NCBI GenBank assembly: GCA_030429145.1
Contig: JAUIDC010000001.1
Location: forward strand, 750,001 to 782,000
Source: Candidatus Saccharimonadota bacterium
GTDB taxonomy: Bacteria; Patescibacteriota; Gracilibacteria; Absconditabacterales; Absconditicoccaceae
Reading direction: 5' to 3'
DNA: 32,000 nucleotides
Shown: piece after piece, positions 1 to 8,771 of the stretch
How the letters are laid out: each line of letters opens with the position of its first letter
Numbering within the stretch: position 1 is the first letter of the stretch
The notes under the pieces: generated by a model
Databases searched by the model: none
What the model saw: only the letters and a program-made list of their open reading frames with translations
What the model was told of the DNA's origin: nothing
Program-made: the position numbers and the translations under genes

Positions 1-288
1 TTTATAGGGGGTTTCTTCAAGTGTTGTGAGCGCTTCTATGAGTTGTGCTTTCCTGATGAGACCTCTATTTCCGTTGAGTTTCCCAACCAATCATGCTTTG
101 ATATGATTGTTGAAGTCTATCTCTTTGAGACGATTGAAATCAGCTATCGTTTCTGCCTCATGACCATGGTGACGTTGAAAAGCGTGTTCATCGATTCACT
201 TTGCTTTAAGCATTCCTCTTTTCTCATAGGTAAAAACGCTAATGATTATATAAAATCATTGCTTCATGTCAATCTTTCAAAAGAACAT
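1..288 (-). CDS. Hypothetical protein, N-terminal part; the gene continues past the left window edge
   Basis: The code-25 frame is open from candidate ATGs at 288, 267 or 213 to position 1. It contains 2-3 in-frame TGA depending on the start. The translation is hydrophilic and protein-like (..MLKAKGIDEHAFQRHHGHEAETIADFNRLKEIDFNNHIKAGLVGKLNGNRGLIRKAQLIEALTTLEETPYK). The opposite-strand track ORF 43..363 is Cys/Phe-rich and less plausible. Confidence 0.35.
245..272 (-). promoter_or_regulatory. Sigma70-like promoter, TTGACA-N16-TATAAT
   Basis: On the minus strand, TTGACA lies at 272..267 and TATAAT at 250..245 with a 16-nt spacer. It is only meaningful if the downstream gene starts at ATG 213. 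Confidence 0.35.
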
Positions 289-447
289 GAAAAACACCAG
301 TTGATACCCTTAAGTTATCAAGAAAGTGGGCATTTTGGCACTTATTACATATTATATATATGAAGTCAACCATCTATGTAGTAAATAAGTATTTATGTAT
401 GATCTGTTTTGCGAATTTCTGAGAAATCTCTATTATATAATCATCAC

Positions 448-683
448 GTTGCCTAGGGAAAAGGTTGTCGCCTCTCCTTGGATGATATGGTCGAGGTATC
501 CCTCGTAAAACCAGTTATCACTCCTATGAAAGCATATGAGGATAACACTCTATGCTCTGGTTTGTTGAGGTTTTCTCCAAAATCAACTGGCTGACTGTAT
601 TTCTTTCATCCGTTTGATCTTGGCGAAAGCCACCTCGACGGATCAGGGTCGAGGTGGCGGTATCCGCTGCCTTTTTCTTTTTT
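448..683 (+). ncRNA. Candidate structured small RNA of unknown class
   Basis: A perfect TATAAT lies at 436..441. No convincing ORF exists on either strand, even with TGA=Gly. GC-rich hairpins stand out in AT-rich DNA: cgagg-tatc-cctcg at about 492..507 and an 11-bp stem gccacctcgac/gtcgaggtggc at 629..658. A small gcgg/ccgc hairpin and a T-run at 672..683 follow. I could not find RNase P, SRP, tmRNA or 6S signature motifs. Confidence 0.25.
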
Positions 684-712
684 GAAAAAAATCCCCGTTG
701 ATTAACGGGGAT
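684..712 (-). terminator. Intrinsic terminator of the 739..1668 gene
   Basis: Stem atccccgtt/aacggggat with loop gatt. On the minus strand it is followed by TTTTTT. Confidence 0.7.
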
Positions 713-738
713 TCGTATAATATTATTCTATTTTGTTG

Positions 739-1668
739 TTATGCAGGCGGATAGAGAAACTTGAGAAATAATTTATCAAACTTTTTAAGTTCATCATGTC
801 CTATTGCTTGCATGTGTTGATCTATACTGGTTCTGAAACTAGCACCTGCAAGTAATGCCCAAAGCACAAAAAGATTGCCTACTGGTAGTAATGATGGATA
901 TCCATATCTCATGGCTGTGGCCATTGGATTATATGCAGGTTTTTCACTACGTATAGTGATGGCTTCATCCATGACTATTTCCCATTCTTTTTTCTTTCGC
1001 CCTATAAACGGCGGATTATTGCTAATCTTTTTCCACATTGTTTCACATTCTGATACAGCATCCATGAGATTCTTATTGAGGTTACTCATGAAAGATTCTT
1101 TATGTGGAACGCGAAGATATTCTCGCCAAACAATATGCTGGCTTTGTTTCTCTTGGAAATGTGCATCGTTGAGAATTGAAAACGATGCCGTCAGAGCAGT
1201 TTCTTTATCCCATCTATCTTTGATGAGGAATGCCATTCTGTATGACTTAGTGCCTGGTAAGCAATCGTTAGCTATAAATAATAACTGTACCTGCTTGTCT
1301 TGCTGATAACTATCAGCAAGGCTGCTTCTGTCGTAAAATCCTTTGACTAATTTGTATCCGAGAGAATACATGAGTTTGGTCAAAAATGTCCTATCGGTAG
1401 TGATGAAACTCTCATTGTTTTCGTTGGTTAGCTCTCTTTTTTTGATGGTTTCCCAACTTGCAAAAAGATCATATAAATTTTGCAGATCGAGATCATCTTT
1501 ATCAAAGGTAGGAATATTTGCTACTTTGATGCCGGTGATACAAGCTGTCTTGATTTTACGGCGTGAAGTTGCCTTTCGATTTCTCATATCGGTGATAACA
1601 CCTTTTATACTACTTTGAATGATGCGATTGACCAGTGATTGGCCAATGAGATGTGTTCTGTAATTCAT
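739..1668 (-). CDS. Hypothetical protein, 309 aa, no family recognised
   Basis: Intact ORF with a TAA stop and no in-frame TGA. It has its own terminator. I recognise no motif. Confidence 0.6.
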   Translation of the reverse strand: MNYRTHLIGQSLVNRIIQSSIKGVITDMRNRKATSRRKIKTACITGIKVANIPTFDKDDLDLQNLYDLFASWETIKKRELTNENNESFITTDRTFLTKLMYSLGYKLVKGFYDRSSLADSYQQDKQVQLLFIANDCLPGTKSYRMAFLIKDRWDKETALTASFSILNDAHFQEKQSQHIVWREYLRVPHKESFMSNLNKNLMDAVSECETMWKKISNNPPFIGRKKKEWEIVMDEAITIRSEKPAYNPMATAMRYGYPSLLPVGNLFVLWALLAGASFRTSIDQHMQAIGHDELKKFDKLFLKFLYPPA

Positions 1669-1783
1669 GATATAGATACTTTTCTTTTGTTACGAATTTG
1701 TTTACGAGGAAAGTATACTTTCCCATGCGAGAAAATCAACCAAATCTCTTTTATTGTATAAGTCAACTTCCGAGGAGTTCGTC

Positions 1784-2800
1784 TCACTGGTAGAGTGCTA
1801 CGATTTGGCCTGAAGCTACCGCTCTTTGCGGCTGAGAAAATTCGATTTTCATGAGATGATTGTCAGTTGCACTGATGGTGCAATCTTGGTCAGGCTGACG
1901 GTAGCGTATCTTTGCTGCTGCCTGCAAGGGGAGAGGAGGAACTGGGCTGATCCGATGCCAGTCGGTGGCTATGAGGCTATTACGGTAGAGCTCTGCCTCG
2001 CTTTCAGTTCCGACAACCAATAGATTCTTCTCGATATCCTTTCTTATGACAAAAAGAGGCTCGCTATATGCCACTCAAAGCCCTTGTCTCTGTCAGATAG
2101 TGTAGCCTCGGGCTCATTGATGCGTGCCAAGCTTCTCTCCCTGTAGATTGACGATATTTCACTCTTTTGGCTCAATTTGAGACTGTAAGAACTCACGCAT
2201 CTCCACTTTTCCGATAAAACAGATTCCTTGGCTATCTTTGCGGTCGGCATTTGGTAGTCATGCTTCTTTTGCGATCTTTCTGATCTCTGATTTGAGCATT
2301 CAGCCCACAGGAAACATGCTGTGTGAAAGCTGCTCTTGGTTGAGACGAGCAAGAAAATAACTCTGATCTTTCTCAGGATCTATTCATTTCAATAAGTGAA
2401 AAACACCATTCTTTTCTTTTATGCGTGCATAATGTCCCGTTGCGATAGCATCAAATCCCAATGCTAAAGCTTCATCTAAAAACAATCTAAACTTTATATC
2501 ACTATTACATAATACATCTGGGTTGGGCGTCAAACCACTTTTATATCCATCAACAATGTATTGGACGATACGCTCCTCATATTCTTTTTGAAAATCAAAA
2601 GTATATAGCTTGATTCCTAGATGTTCTGCTACTTTCTTTGCCTCTTCCAGGTCGGCTTTTGTGGTACATTCAGGGCTATCGGTGATATAATTTATCATAA
2701 AACCTGCAGTGACCTCATAGCCTTGCTTCATTAAAAGGTAGGCAGCTACAGCACTATCTACTCATCCCGATAAACCAACTAATATTTTTTTCTTTTCCAT
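1784..2800 (-). CDS. mnmA: tRNA-specific 2-thiouridylase MnmA
   Basis: Track ORFs 2384..2731 and 1784..2074 share a frame with the ATG at 2800. The joined translation gives LSG[G][10 protein letters not shown] (PP-loop), [17 protein letters not shown] and YTI[G]QRQGL[G]. There are 8 in-frame TGA, all at Gly-type positions. Track ORF 2044..2352 is out of frame. Confidence 0.9.
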
Positions 2801-3136
2801 AAAATGTTATTCTTTAGGATAGAATAATGAAAAAATAACTATACGTAAGTAACAATCTGATACAAGCTCTATATGAGAAAACGTTGCCTTTACCAAATGT
2901 AACTAATTGTTTTTGTTGTATTCAATTGTGGAGACGGACTGAAATTTTGAGTTTTGGGATACCCTCTGTATATCCATTTACTTTCCCACAATCAAGAGAA
3001 ATCTCTTCGTAATCACTACTATGATTTGACATAAAAGAGTGGATATGTGTGATTGGTGATGAAAAAAGCCTCGTTTTGGGGAGGAAAATGTCCTGAAAGA
3101 GTAGTTTGTATCCTAGTTTATATGATATGTGATTTT

Positions 3137-3165
3137 TTGCCTTTTTTGAGGTTTTTGAGTATAAT
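3137..3165 (+). promoter_or_regulatory. Sigma70-like promoter, TTGCCT-N17-TATAAT, upstream of the pilB-like gene
   Basis: TTGCCT at 3137..3142, a 17-nt spacer, then TATAAT at 3160..3165. The ATG at 3209 lies about 44 nt downstream. Confidence 0.45.
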
Positions 3166-3208
3166 AAGTATGTAAGATTTTTTAAGCAAGATTCGTACGA
3201 AAATCGCA

Positions 3209-4786
3209 ATGGCAACACAGCTAACGAAGAAGATATTGGAAAAGGAGGACGTGAAGGCGCTTCAGCCGAATTTTACGTATGTGAAATATCTGCCACAAGA
3301 GATCTCTGCTAAGGCGGAAACAGTGGTATTTGACGGTGAAAAGAATCGTCTCCAGCTTCTCACGACCAATGCCAATACTCTTGCAGTGAAGTCTATTGTT
3401 GATCAACTTGCTACCAAAGGTTATAAGACAGAACTCTACTATACCGATCCAGATGCATTTCAGATCGCTATCGGTTGGTATGATACCATCGTAAAACAGG
3501 AAAAAACAGAAGCGGAAGAGAGACAACTACAGCAGAATGCTCTCGGTCAGTCTGCAGAAGAGATGCTTCAAAAGCTCTATGCGGAGAAACAGCAGATGGA
3601 CGATGGTAAGTTTCTTGGAGAGATCATCAGATTGACCTATCAGGCTGGTGCATCGGACCTTCATTTTCAGCCACAGCAAGACAAAGTGCTTATGCGTATG
3701 AGAAAGGACGGTATTATGAAAAATGTGCTTGAGTTTACACAGGCTGAGTTTAAGAAGTATGCACTGAAGGTGAAATTTATGTCTGGTGCAAAGATGAATA
3801 TCGACTATCTGCCGCAGGATGGACGTTTTGACTTCCCGGTAGATATCAACGGTAAGAAAAAAGAGATCGATGTGCGTGTGAGCTTTATGCCAGGACTCAG
3901 AGGAGAGGGGATAGTGATGAGATTTTTGGATGCAGATCAGGGTATTATGACCTTTACTGACCTTGGATTTGAGTCGCAGACTATTTCATTGATCAAAGAA
4001 CATTTGACGAAAAACTACGGTATGATCCTTATATCGGGTCCTACTGGATCGGGTAAAACGACGACTCTCTACTCGATGCTTCAGTATATGAATGATTCAT
4101 CAAAGAAGATCATCACTCTTGAGCAACCGGTAGAATTTGAAATTGAGGGGATAGAGCAGTCACAGATTAACCCGTTGAAGGGTTATACGTATGAGGAGGG
4201 ATTGAAGTCTGTACTCCGTCATGACCCAGATATTATCTTCGTGTGAGAAATCCGTACGAAAGAAACTGCTGAGATCGCTCTCAATGCGGCTATGACTGGT
4301 CACTTGGTACTTTCTACTATCCATACGAACTCTGCTGTCGAGGCTATCTCAAGACTCATGAATCTTGGTATCAAGCCATATCAACTTGCACCTGCTCTCA
4401 ATCTTGTGATCGGACAGAGACTCGTGAGAAAACTTCATACCTGTGCGACAAAGCGTGAAGCGACCTTGCCAGAGCAGCAAGAGATGAAAGATGTCGTGCA
4501 GACGATCAATCAGATAGATCCTACGCGCAAAGTATCATTTGATGGTAATGTGTGGGCAGCTGTCGGTTGTGATACGGACAGTCATGATGGATATCAGTGA
4601 CGTTTGGCCGTTACTGAAGCTCTTGATGTGAACAATGATATCAAAGAAATGATATTGAACAATAAGAATACCCTCGATATCTACGCTGAACTTCGTAGTA
4701 AAGGCTTCCTAACTATGAAAGAGGATGCATACATGAAGATGCTTGAGGGGAAGACTACCTTAGAAGAAATTAGGAGAGTGTTGTAA
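3209..4786 (+). CDS. pilB: Type IV pilus / type II secretion assembly ATPase (PilB/GspE family)
   Basis: Three same-frame track ORFs are joined across TGA at 4244..4246 (DPDIIFV[G]EIR) and 4598..4600 (GYQ[G]RLAVTE). The protein has Walker [22 protein letters not shown] and an N-terminal T2SSE_N-like region. Length 525 aa. Confidence 0.9.
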
Positions 4787-4814
4787 ATACAATGCCTTTC
4801 AGTATAGTACGATC

Positions 4815-5867
4815 ATGACATATTTCAAATTTAAGGATAGAGTAGAGGACTTTATCGTAGAAGAGATGCTTGGAAAAGAGCCAGAATGAGAGTGAGATTT
4901 TCATTATATTTTTTTTGAAAAGAAGAATTTAGCGACATTTGATATTATCAATAAGATACAGTGGGAGTTTAGGTTAAATAGAAATATGATAGGTTTTGCT
5001 GGTTTGAAAGATAAGCAAGCGATTACTCGTCAGTGGATAACGCTCAGCAAGCGTGATGTACATAAGTACTGTGGTGGAATTAACAATCTTCTCGCTTTTA
5101 TGAGAAAACAGGTAAAGGTACTAAAGGCTACTTATGGTAAGAAACCGCTCAAATTAGGTAATAACAAAGGAAATAGATTTGAGATCATACTTCGTGCGGT
5201 CAAAGCTAATGAGATAGAGAAAAGAAAATCAATGATTGAGAATATTCTTTCGGATATTAGCAAAAAAGGTGTTCCCAATTACTTTGGTGAACAACGCTTT
5301 GGTCATAGAGGGAGAAACTGGCAAACAGGTGAAAAACTTGTGCTTGGAGAGATTAAATCACTCAGATGAGATAACAATACAATGGCTGAAAAGCGCTTTA
5401 AAGTACAGGCATTCTCAAGTTATGTATTCAATGTCTACCTTGATATGAGACAAAAAGCTGGTAAGCTATATTCTATACTTCCAGGTGATATTGTAGTACC
5501 AGAAGATGGTCGTTACAAGCATCGAACGGGAAAAGAACAAGAAAATACCGATAGATTGGCTGTGACGGGTCCTGTCGTTTGATATGACTTAAAACATGCG
5601 AAAGAGGAGGCGCTTATGCTTGAAAAAGCGACTTATCAAAAGCTTTCTCTGCCTGCTGATATTGAAAAGGGCTTCCAAAAATTCAATATTTATGGTATCC
5701 GTCGTGCTATATTGTTATATCCTGAACATCTTTCTCGATCACGACAACAGTGAAACAATCTTTCATTACAGTTTGATTTAACATCAGGTGGTTATGCATC
5801 GGTGGTTATTGACTACTTGGAGAATCAACTTACTCAGAAGAGAGGAGAGGGTGCTAATAAAAAATAA
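4815..5867 (+). CDS. truD: tRNA pseudouridine(13) synthase TruD
   Basis: Joined frame from ATG 4815 to TAA 5865..5867. Motifs are EPE[G]E[G]DFHY (the GxGxH region), GFAGLKDKQAITRQW and NYFGEQRFG. There are 5 in-frame TGA. Track ORF 5596..5781 is out of frame. Confidence 0.85.
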
Positions 5868-5925
5868 TTTCCCTATTATTTTCAGCTATAGCATGATCAC
5901 CTATATAAAAACTCAAAATATATAG

Positions 5926-5942
5926 TTATCAATTATTGATAA
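5926..5942. repeat. 17-nt perfect palindrome TTATCAAT-T-ATTGATAA
   Basis: Read directly from the sequence, 59 nt downstream of the truD stop in an AT-rich non-coding stretch. It is operator-like. Confidence 0.5.
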
Positions 5943-6132
5943 TGTCTATTGTGGAAAACTTAAAAGAGGAGTTAATGTCAAGCAGACACAAGTCGACACG
6001 CTAGATGTAGACACATGTATTGAGTTATGTTAGGAAGATCGTTTGGCATATACGCACAAAAAATATTGTTGCATGATAATATGTTAATCATTTTTTCTTT
6101 TTTAGAGAGGACTTTCGTGTTATATATCCTCT

Positions 6133-6444
6133 ATGTATGTATATCTGAAAAACAACATCTACCTTGCACAAGATATATTGTGTCATCCTGAATATGGCCC
6201 CAGAGTGGATCTCGTCTGAAAAAACATTATTTGTGCATTCATATTTTATATTTGCAAAATAATATTACTTCAAAAAAATATATCAACTGAATGTTTGTTT
6301 TCTCGATGGAGAATCCCTCCAAAATATAAAAATACTCTCCCCTGACGAAAAAAATGAAAAATAACGATGTGAAATCATGTGTTTTTATACTTCAAATGGA
6401 GGAATATGCCACTCAAGTCTCAAAATGAGCTGAAATGAAATTAG
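6133..6444 (+). CDS. Possible small protein of 103 aa, visible only under code 25
   Basis: 103 sense codons run without TAA or TAG in AT-rich DNA, with 5 TGA read as Gly. The composition is not clearly protein-like and no family is recognised. Confidence 0.2.
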
Positions 6445-6461
6445 GGTAGTTTGCACCTAGG

Positions 6462-6480
6462 AAAACGGGGTAGTCACTCC
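6462..6480 (+). repeat. Copy 1 of the hairpin motif AAAACGGGGTAGTCACTCC
   Basis: It matches copy 2 at 7113..7133 in the same orientation. The stem is GGGGT/ACTCC. Confidence 0.5.
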
Positions 6481-6481
6481 T

Positions 6482-7060
6482 CTATTTTGCAATAAATCTA
6501 TTTTCTAGTACACATTTTTCTGAACCATGTAAGAATGTTTCTGAAGATCTAAGAAATTTACATTCAATGGTGTAGAAATTTCATTTTATTATAGGTTCAT
6601 TTACTTGTACAATGAGAAAAACCATTTCTCCAGGAAAACATATTTTAGAATGTGTAATTTGATATTCACGGTCTAATACATTGTACATATTTGCAAGAAA
6701 TATTTCATATGACATGAGTTGATTGATAGAACCCGTTTTGATGGCTAATCAAATTGCTGTGTATAAAGCTTGAAATCTAGCTAATGTCATTTGGACACCA
6801 GATACATGATCTAGTCATTTTTTGCTTAAATTGTATTTGGGGAATATAAATCATAGTTTGAAGATATTGTCTTCTAAGCGCTCAATATTCTTGAGAAATA
6901 TATTGTCTTCATTGTAGAAATGTCACAGTATTTCATATACTTCTGGCGGTGTTTCTATAGTTACTTTTGTGTCTAAGCTTATCTTTTTCAATCACTCAGA
7001 AATCTTTGAGATTTCCTCATCCGATGGTTTTTCATTGTTTGGATTGATAATATTATTCAT
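6482..7060 (-). CDS. Hypothetical protein, 192 aa, visible only under code 25
   Basis: ATG at 7060 to TAG at 6482..6484: 193 codons with no TAA or TAG before the terminal TAG, and 6 in-frame TGA. It is absent from the standard-code track. The translation is protein-like (..GLDHVSGVQMTLARFQALYTAIGLAIKTGSINQLMSYEIFLANMYNVLDREYQITHSKICFPGEMVFLIVQVNEP..). Confidence 0.55.
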
Positions 7061-7112
7061 GATTCGAATTGTAGTGAAAAATAATAATTTGTCTATATCT
7101 TTTCTTATATAC

Positions 7113-7133
7113 AAAACGGAGTAGTGTCACTCC
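7113..7133 (+). repeat. Copy 2 of the hairpin motif AAAACGGAGTAGTGTCACTCC
   Basis: Perfect 5-bp stem GGAGT/ACTCC. It lies upstream of the 6482..7060 gene, while copy 1 lies just past that gene's stop codon. Confidence 0.5.
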
Positions 7134-7196
7134 CCTTCGGGCTTGATTTTTGGGAAATCCTGTTTATAAATGTACTACTAACATAGTTGATTTAGT

Positions 7197-7234
7197 GCCT
7201 CCCGCCTGTTTTCAGGTTATGGGGGGCTTTTTTT
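7197..7234 (+). terminator. Intrinsic-terminator-like hairpin T1
   Basis: GCCTCCC-G-CCTG-TTTT-CAGG-TTAT-GGGGGGC followed by T7. No plus-strand ORF precedes it. Confidence 0.5.
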
Positions 7235-7300
7235 ATTGGTTTTTCTATAGATGTTGTTATCTTCAATAAAGTTATACTTCGCCTGGGCAACCCCCGCCCT

Positions 7301-7334
7301 ACTCCCCCTTGTTTCCAAGGCTTGGGAGTTTTTT
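7301..7334 (+). terminator. Intrinsic-terminator-like hairpin T2
   Basis: ACTCCC-CCTTG-TTTC-CAAGG-CTT-GGGAGT followed by TTTTTT. It is preceded by the GC-rich segment cgcctgggcaacccccgccct. Confidence 0.5.
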
Positions 7335-7355
7335 ATTATTCTGTTTAAACAAATA

Positions 7356-7383
7356 TTGACTTTTATTAATATAAATCTAGAAT
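7356..7383 (+). promoter_or_regulatory. Sigma70-like promoter, TTGACT-N16-TAGAAT
   Basis: TTGACT at 7356..7361, a 16-nt spacer, then TAGAAT at 7378..7383. It lies upstream of ORF 7409..7759. Confidence 0.4.
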
Positions 7384-7408
7384 TGCTGAACATCAAAACC
7401 AAGTATCT

Positions 7409-7759
7409 ATGCTGAACAAAAGAAGTTCCCTTATTGTGGGGTTTGCATGTTTGTTGGATACAATGGACATGATGTTTACCTCTAAACAGTACAAGTATGT
7501 ACCTTACAGCTCTTGTTACAATCCAGCTTTGGAGTGTATCCCATGGATAGTGCAACTCTATCTAATGAGAAGACGAGCAAATGTTGTCGCTACGAGATTA
7601 ATAGTAATTGCTGGTGAAAACATTTTAAGTCTGTTTTATGTACATGTCTGGACAATATATCTGATCTCCCCGTATATTGGGGCGATAGCAAGAGAACCTC
7701 AACAAACACGAGGTCCTCCTCTAGTGGCTGTTTACAAAGGTCCAAATAAAGTATTTTAA
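7409..7759 (+). CDS. Possible small protein, 116 aa; it could instead be an approximately 400-nt RNA
   Basis: The ORF is bracketed by the promoter at 7356..7383 and the bidirectional terminator at 7757..7795. The composition is unusual (rich in Y, C and W) and no family is recognised. Confidence 0.3.
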   Translation: MLNKRSSLIVGFACLLDTMDMMFTSKQYKYVPYSSCYNPALECIPWIVQLYLMRRRANVVATRLIVIAGENILSLFYVHVWTIYLISPYIGAIAREPQQTRGPPLVAVYKGPNKVF

Positions 7760-7795
7760 AAAAGCTGATGCTTATCGTGGCATCGGCTTTCTTTG
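7757..7795. terminator. Bidirectional intrinsic terminator
   Basis: Stem agctgatgc/gcatcggct with one G-T pair, flanked by an A-run and a T-run. It sits between the convergent units 7409..7759 (+) and 7826..8296 (-). Confidence 0.65.
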
Positions 7796-7825
7796 TTGTT
7801 GCAAAAACGAAATGTCTACTTCTGT

Positions 7826-8296
7826 CTATTGATTCACTTTTTCTGGTAGAGTGATCTCGCGTGGATATTCCCATGCTTTTCCATCGATCATCCTTATTCG
7901 TTTCGGTGTGATCTTGAAGAATACTCTGAAGTCTACATTTTGAAGTGCTTCGTGGTTTTCATCAGAAAATTTTCACTCAAACTTTTGATAGTATTTCTTG
8001 ATCTCGTCCATGTCCTCTTCTATATTGAGTTCTTTGCATACTCCTCTCATCTGTAGTCACTTTACTACTTTGTCGTCATAAGCGTGAGGATCATAGATAC
8101 AGACAGCAACTTCGGCGTCTTTACTGAGATTAGTCACATGTTGTCTCCTGCGGTTTGACATAAAGTAGAGATTGAACTCTTCATCTGAAGAGTAATGAAG
8201 ATTGCAAGCATAGGGGTGCTTTCCGTCTGTTGTAGACAAAGCTAAGATTTCATTCTGTTCAAGAAATGTAAGGATGTCTGCTTTGATAGCGCTCAT
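7826..8296 (-). CDS. Pyridoxamine 5'-phosphate oxidase-like FMN-binding (split-barrel) family protein
   Basis: Track ORF 8057..8296 is extended through TGA 8057..8059 and one further TGA to TAG 7826..7828, giving 156 aa. The general pattern fits small PNPOx-like proteins (LALSTTDGKHPYACNLHY.., ..FFKITPKRIRMIDG). The family assignment is from memory. Confidence 0.6.
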
Positions 8297-8420
8297 GATA
8301 AAAAGACAAGAGTAAAATTACTCATGCAATATATCTGTTTTTGGTAGAAATGCAACGTTTTAGTAGGAGTATTTCATAGGAGAAATTGCTTGTTTGAATA
8401 GTTTATAGTAGCGAGCTTGT

Positions 8421-8630
8421 ATGAAATCCTTGATCTCACTTCTTGAGACAATAGTAAGCTTCGTTCTACTCTTTGCTATGACGATGCTTTTACATCACTT
8501 GTACCACTGTCTGAGAAAGAGAGAGCCATCTCTTATGATCAGCTCTTTCTTGTTCTTGAAAAAAACAATAAGTTTCATTTGTATGATGTTTTACAAAATA
8601 AAACTTTCACCAATTGTCTCTCAACACTAA
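8421..8630 (+). CDS. Possible small membrane protein, 69 aa
   Basis: Hydrophobic N-terminus MKSLISLLETIVSFVLLFAM that is only vaguely prepilin-like, with no G-1 and Glu off register. TAA stop. Confidence 0.2.
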   Translation: MKSLISLLETIVSFVLLFAMTMLLHHLYHCLRKREPSLMISSFLFLKKTISFICMMFYKIKLSPIVSQH

Positions 8631-8722
8631 TCCTGAAATTGTATCTTACAAGAGCAAGTATTCATTTTGATTTGGCATTCTCTACAAACTAGTAAACAGA
8701 TATATTGACACTCTGATAATAC

Positions 8723-8751
8723 AAAAAACAGCCTATCGAAGACTGTTTTTG
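8723..8751. terminator. Bidirectional intrinsic terminator
   Basis: aaaaacag..ctgttttt hairpin flanked by A and T runs, downstream of the minus-strand operon that ends at 8772. Confidence 0.6.
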
Positions 8752-8771
8752 TCAAGAAAATACGTAACTTA

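Noticed and set aside
43-363. Track ORF of 106 aa (+) at the left edge
   Set aside because: Its composition is Cys/Phe-rich. The opposite strand gives a more protein-like code-25 frame with a promoter-like element. Neither is certain, so the minus-strand call carries only low confidence.
2044-2352. Track ORF of 102 aa (-) inside the mnmA locus
   Set aside because: It is out of frame with the mnmA fragments. The mnmA frame translates to conserved motifs across this interval once TGA is read as Gly.
5596-5781. Track ORF of 61 aa (+) at the truD 3' end
   Set aside because: It is in a different frame from truD. The truD frame continues openly to TAA 5865..5867 with protein-like sequence.
5947-5960. 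DnaA-box-like TTTTCCACA (reverse complement of tgtggaaaa), seen again near 26355
   Set aside because: These are single isolated one-mismatch boxes. There is no cluster, no adjacent dnaA or dnaN and no AT-rich unwinding repeats. The second copy lies inside a CDS.
7217-7555. Track ORF of 112 aa (-)
   Set aside because: It runs through the T2 terminator hairpin and the 7356 promoter. Its composition is odd and it has no start context. It is probably a chance ORF.
7390-7795. tmRNA or RNase P RNA, suggested by size and by the promoter and terminator
   Set aside because: None of the diagnostic features is present: no GGGG..CCACCA acceptor or T-arm, no Ala-resume tag ORF ending in a stop, and no GGAAAGUCC or ACAGAANNCGGCUUA P4 strings.
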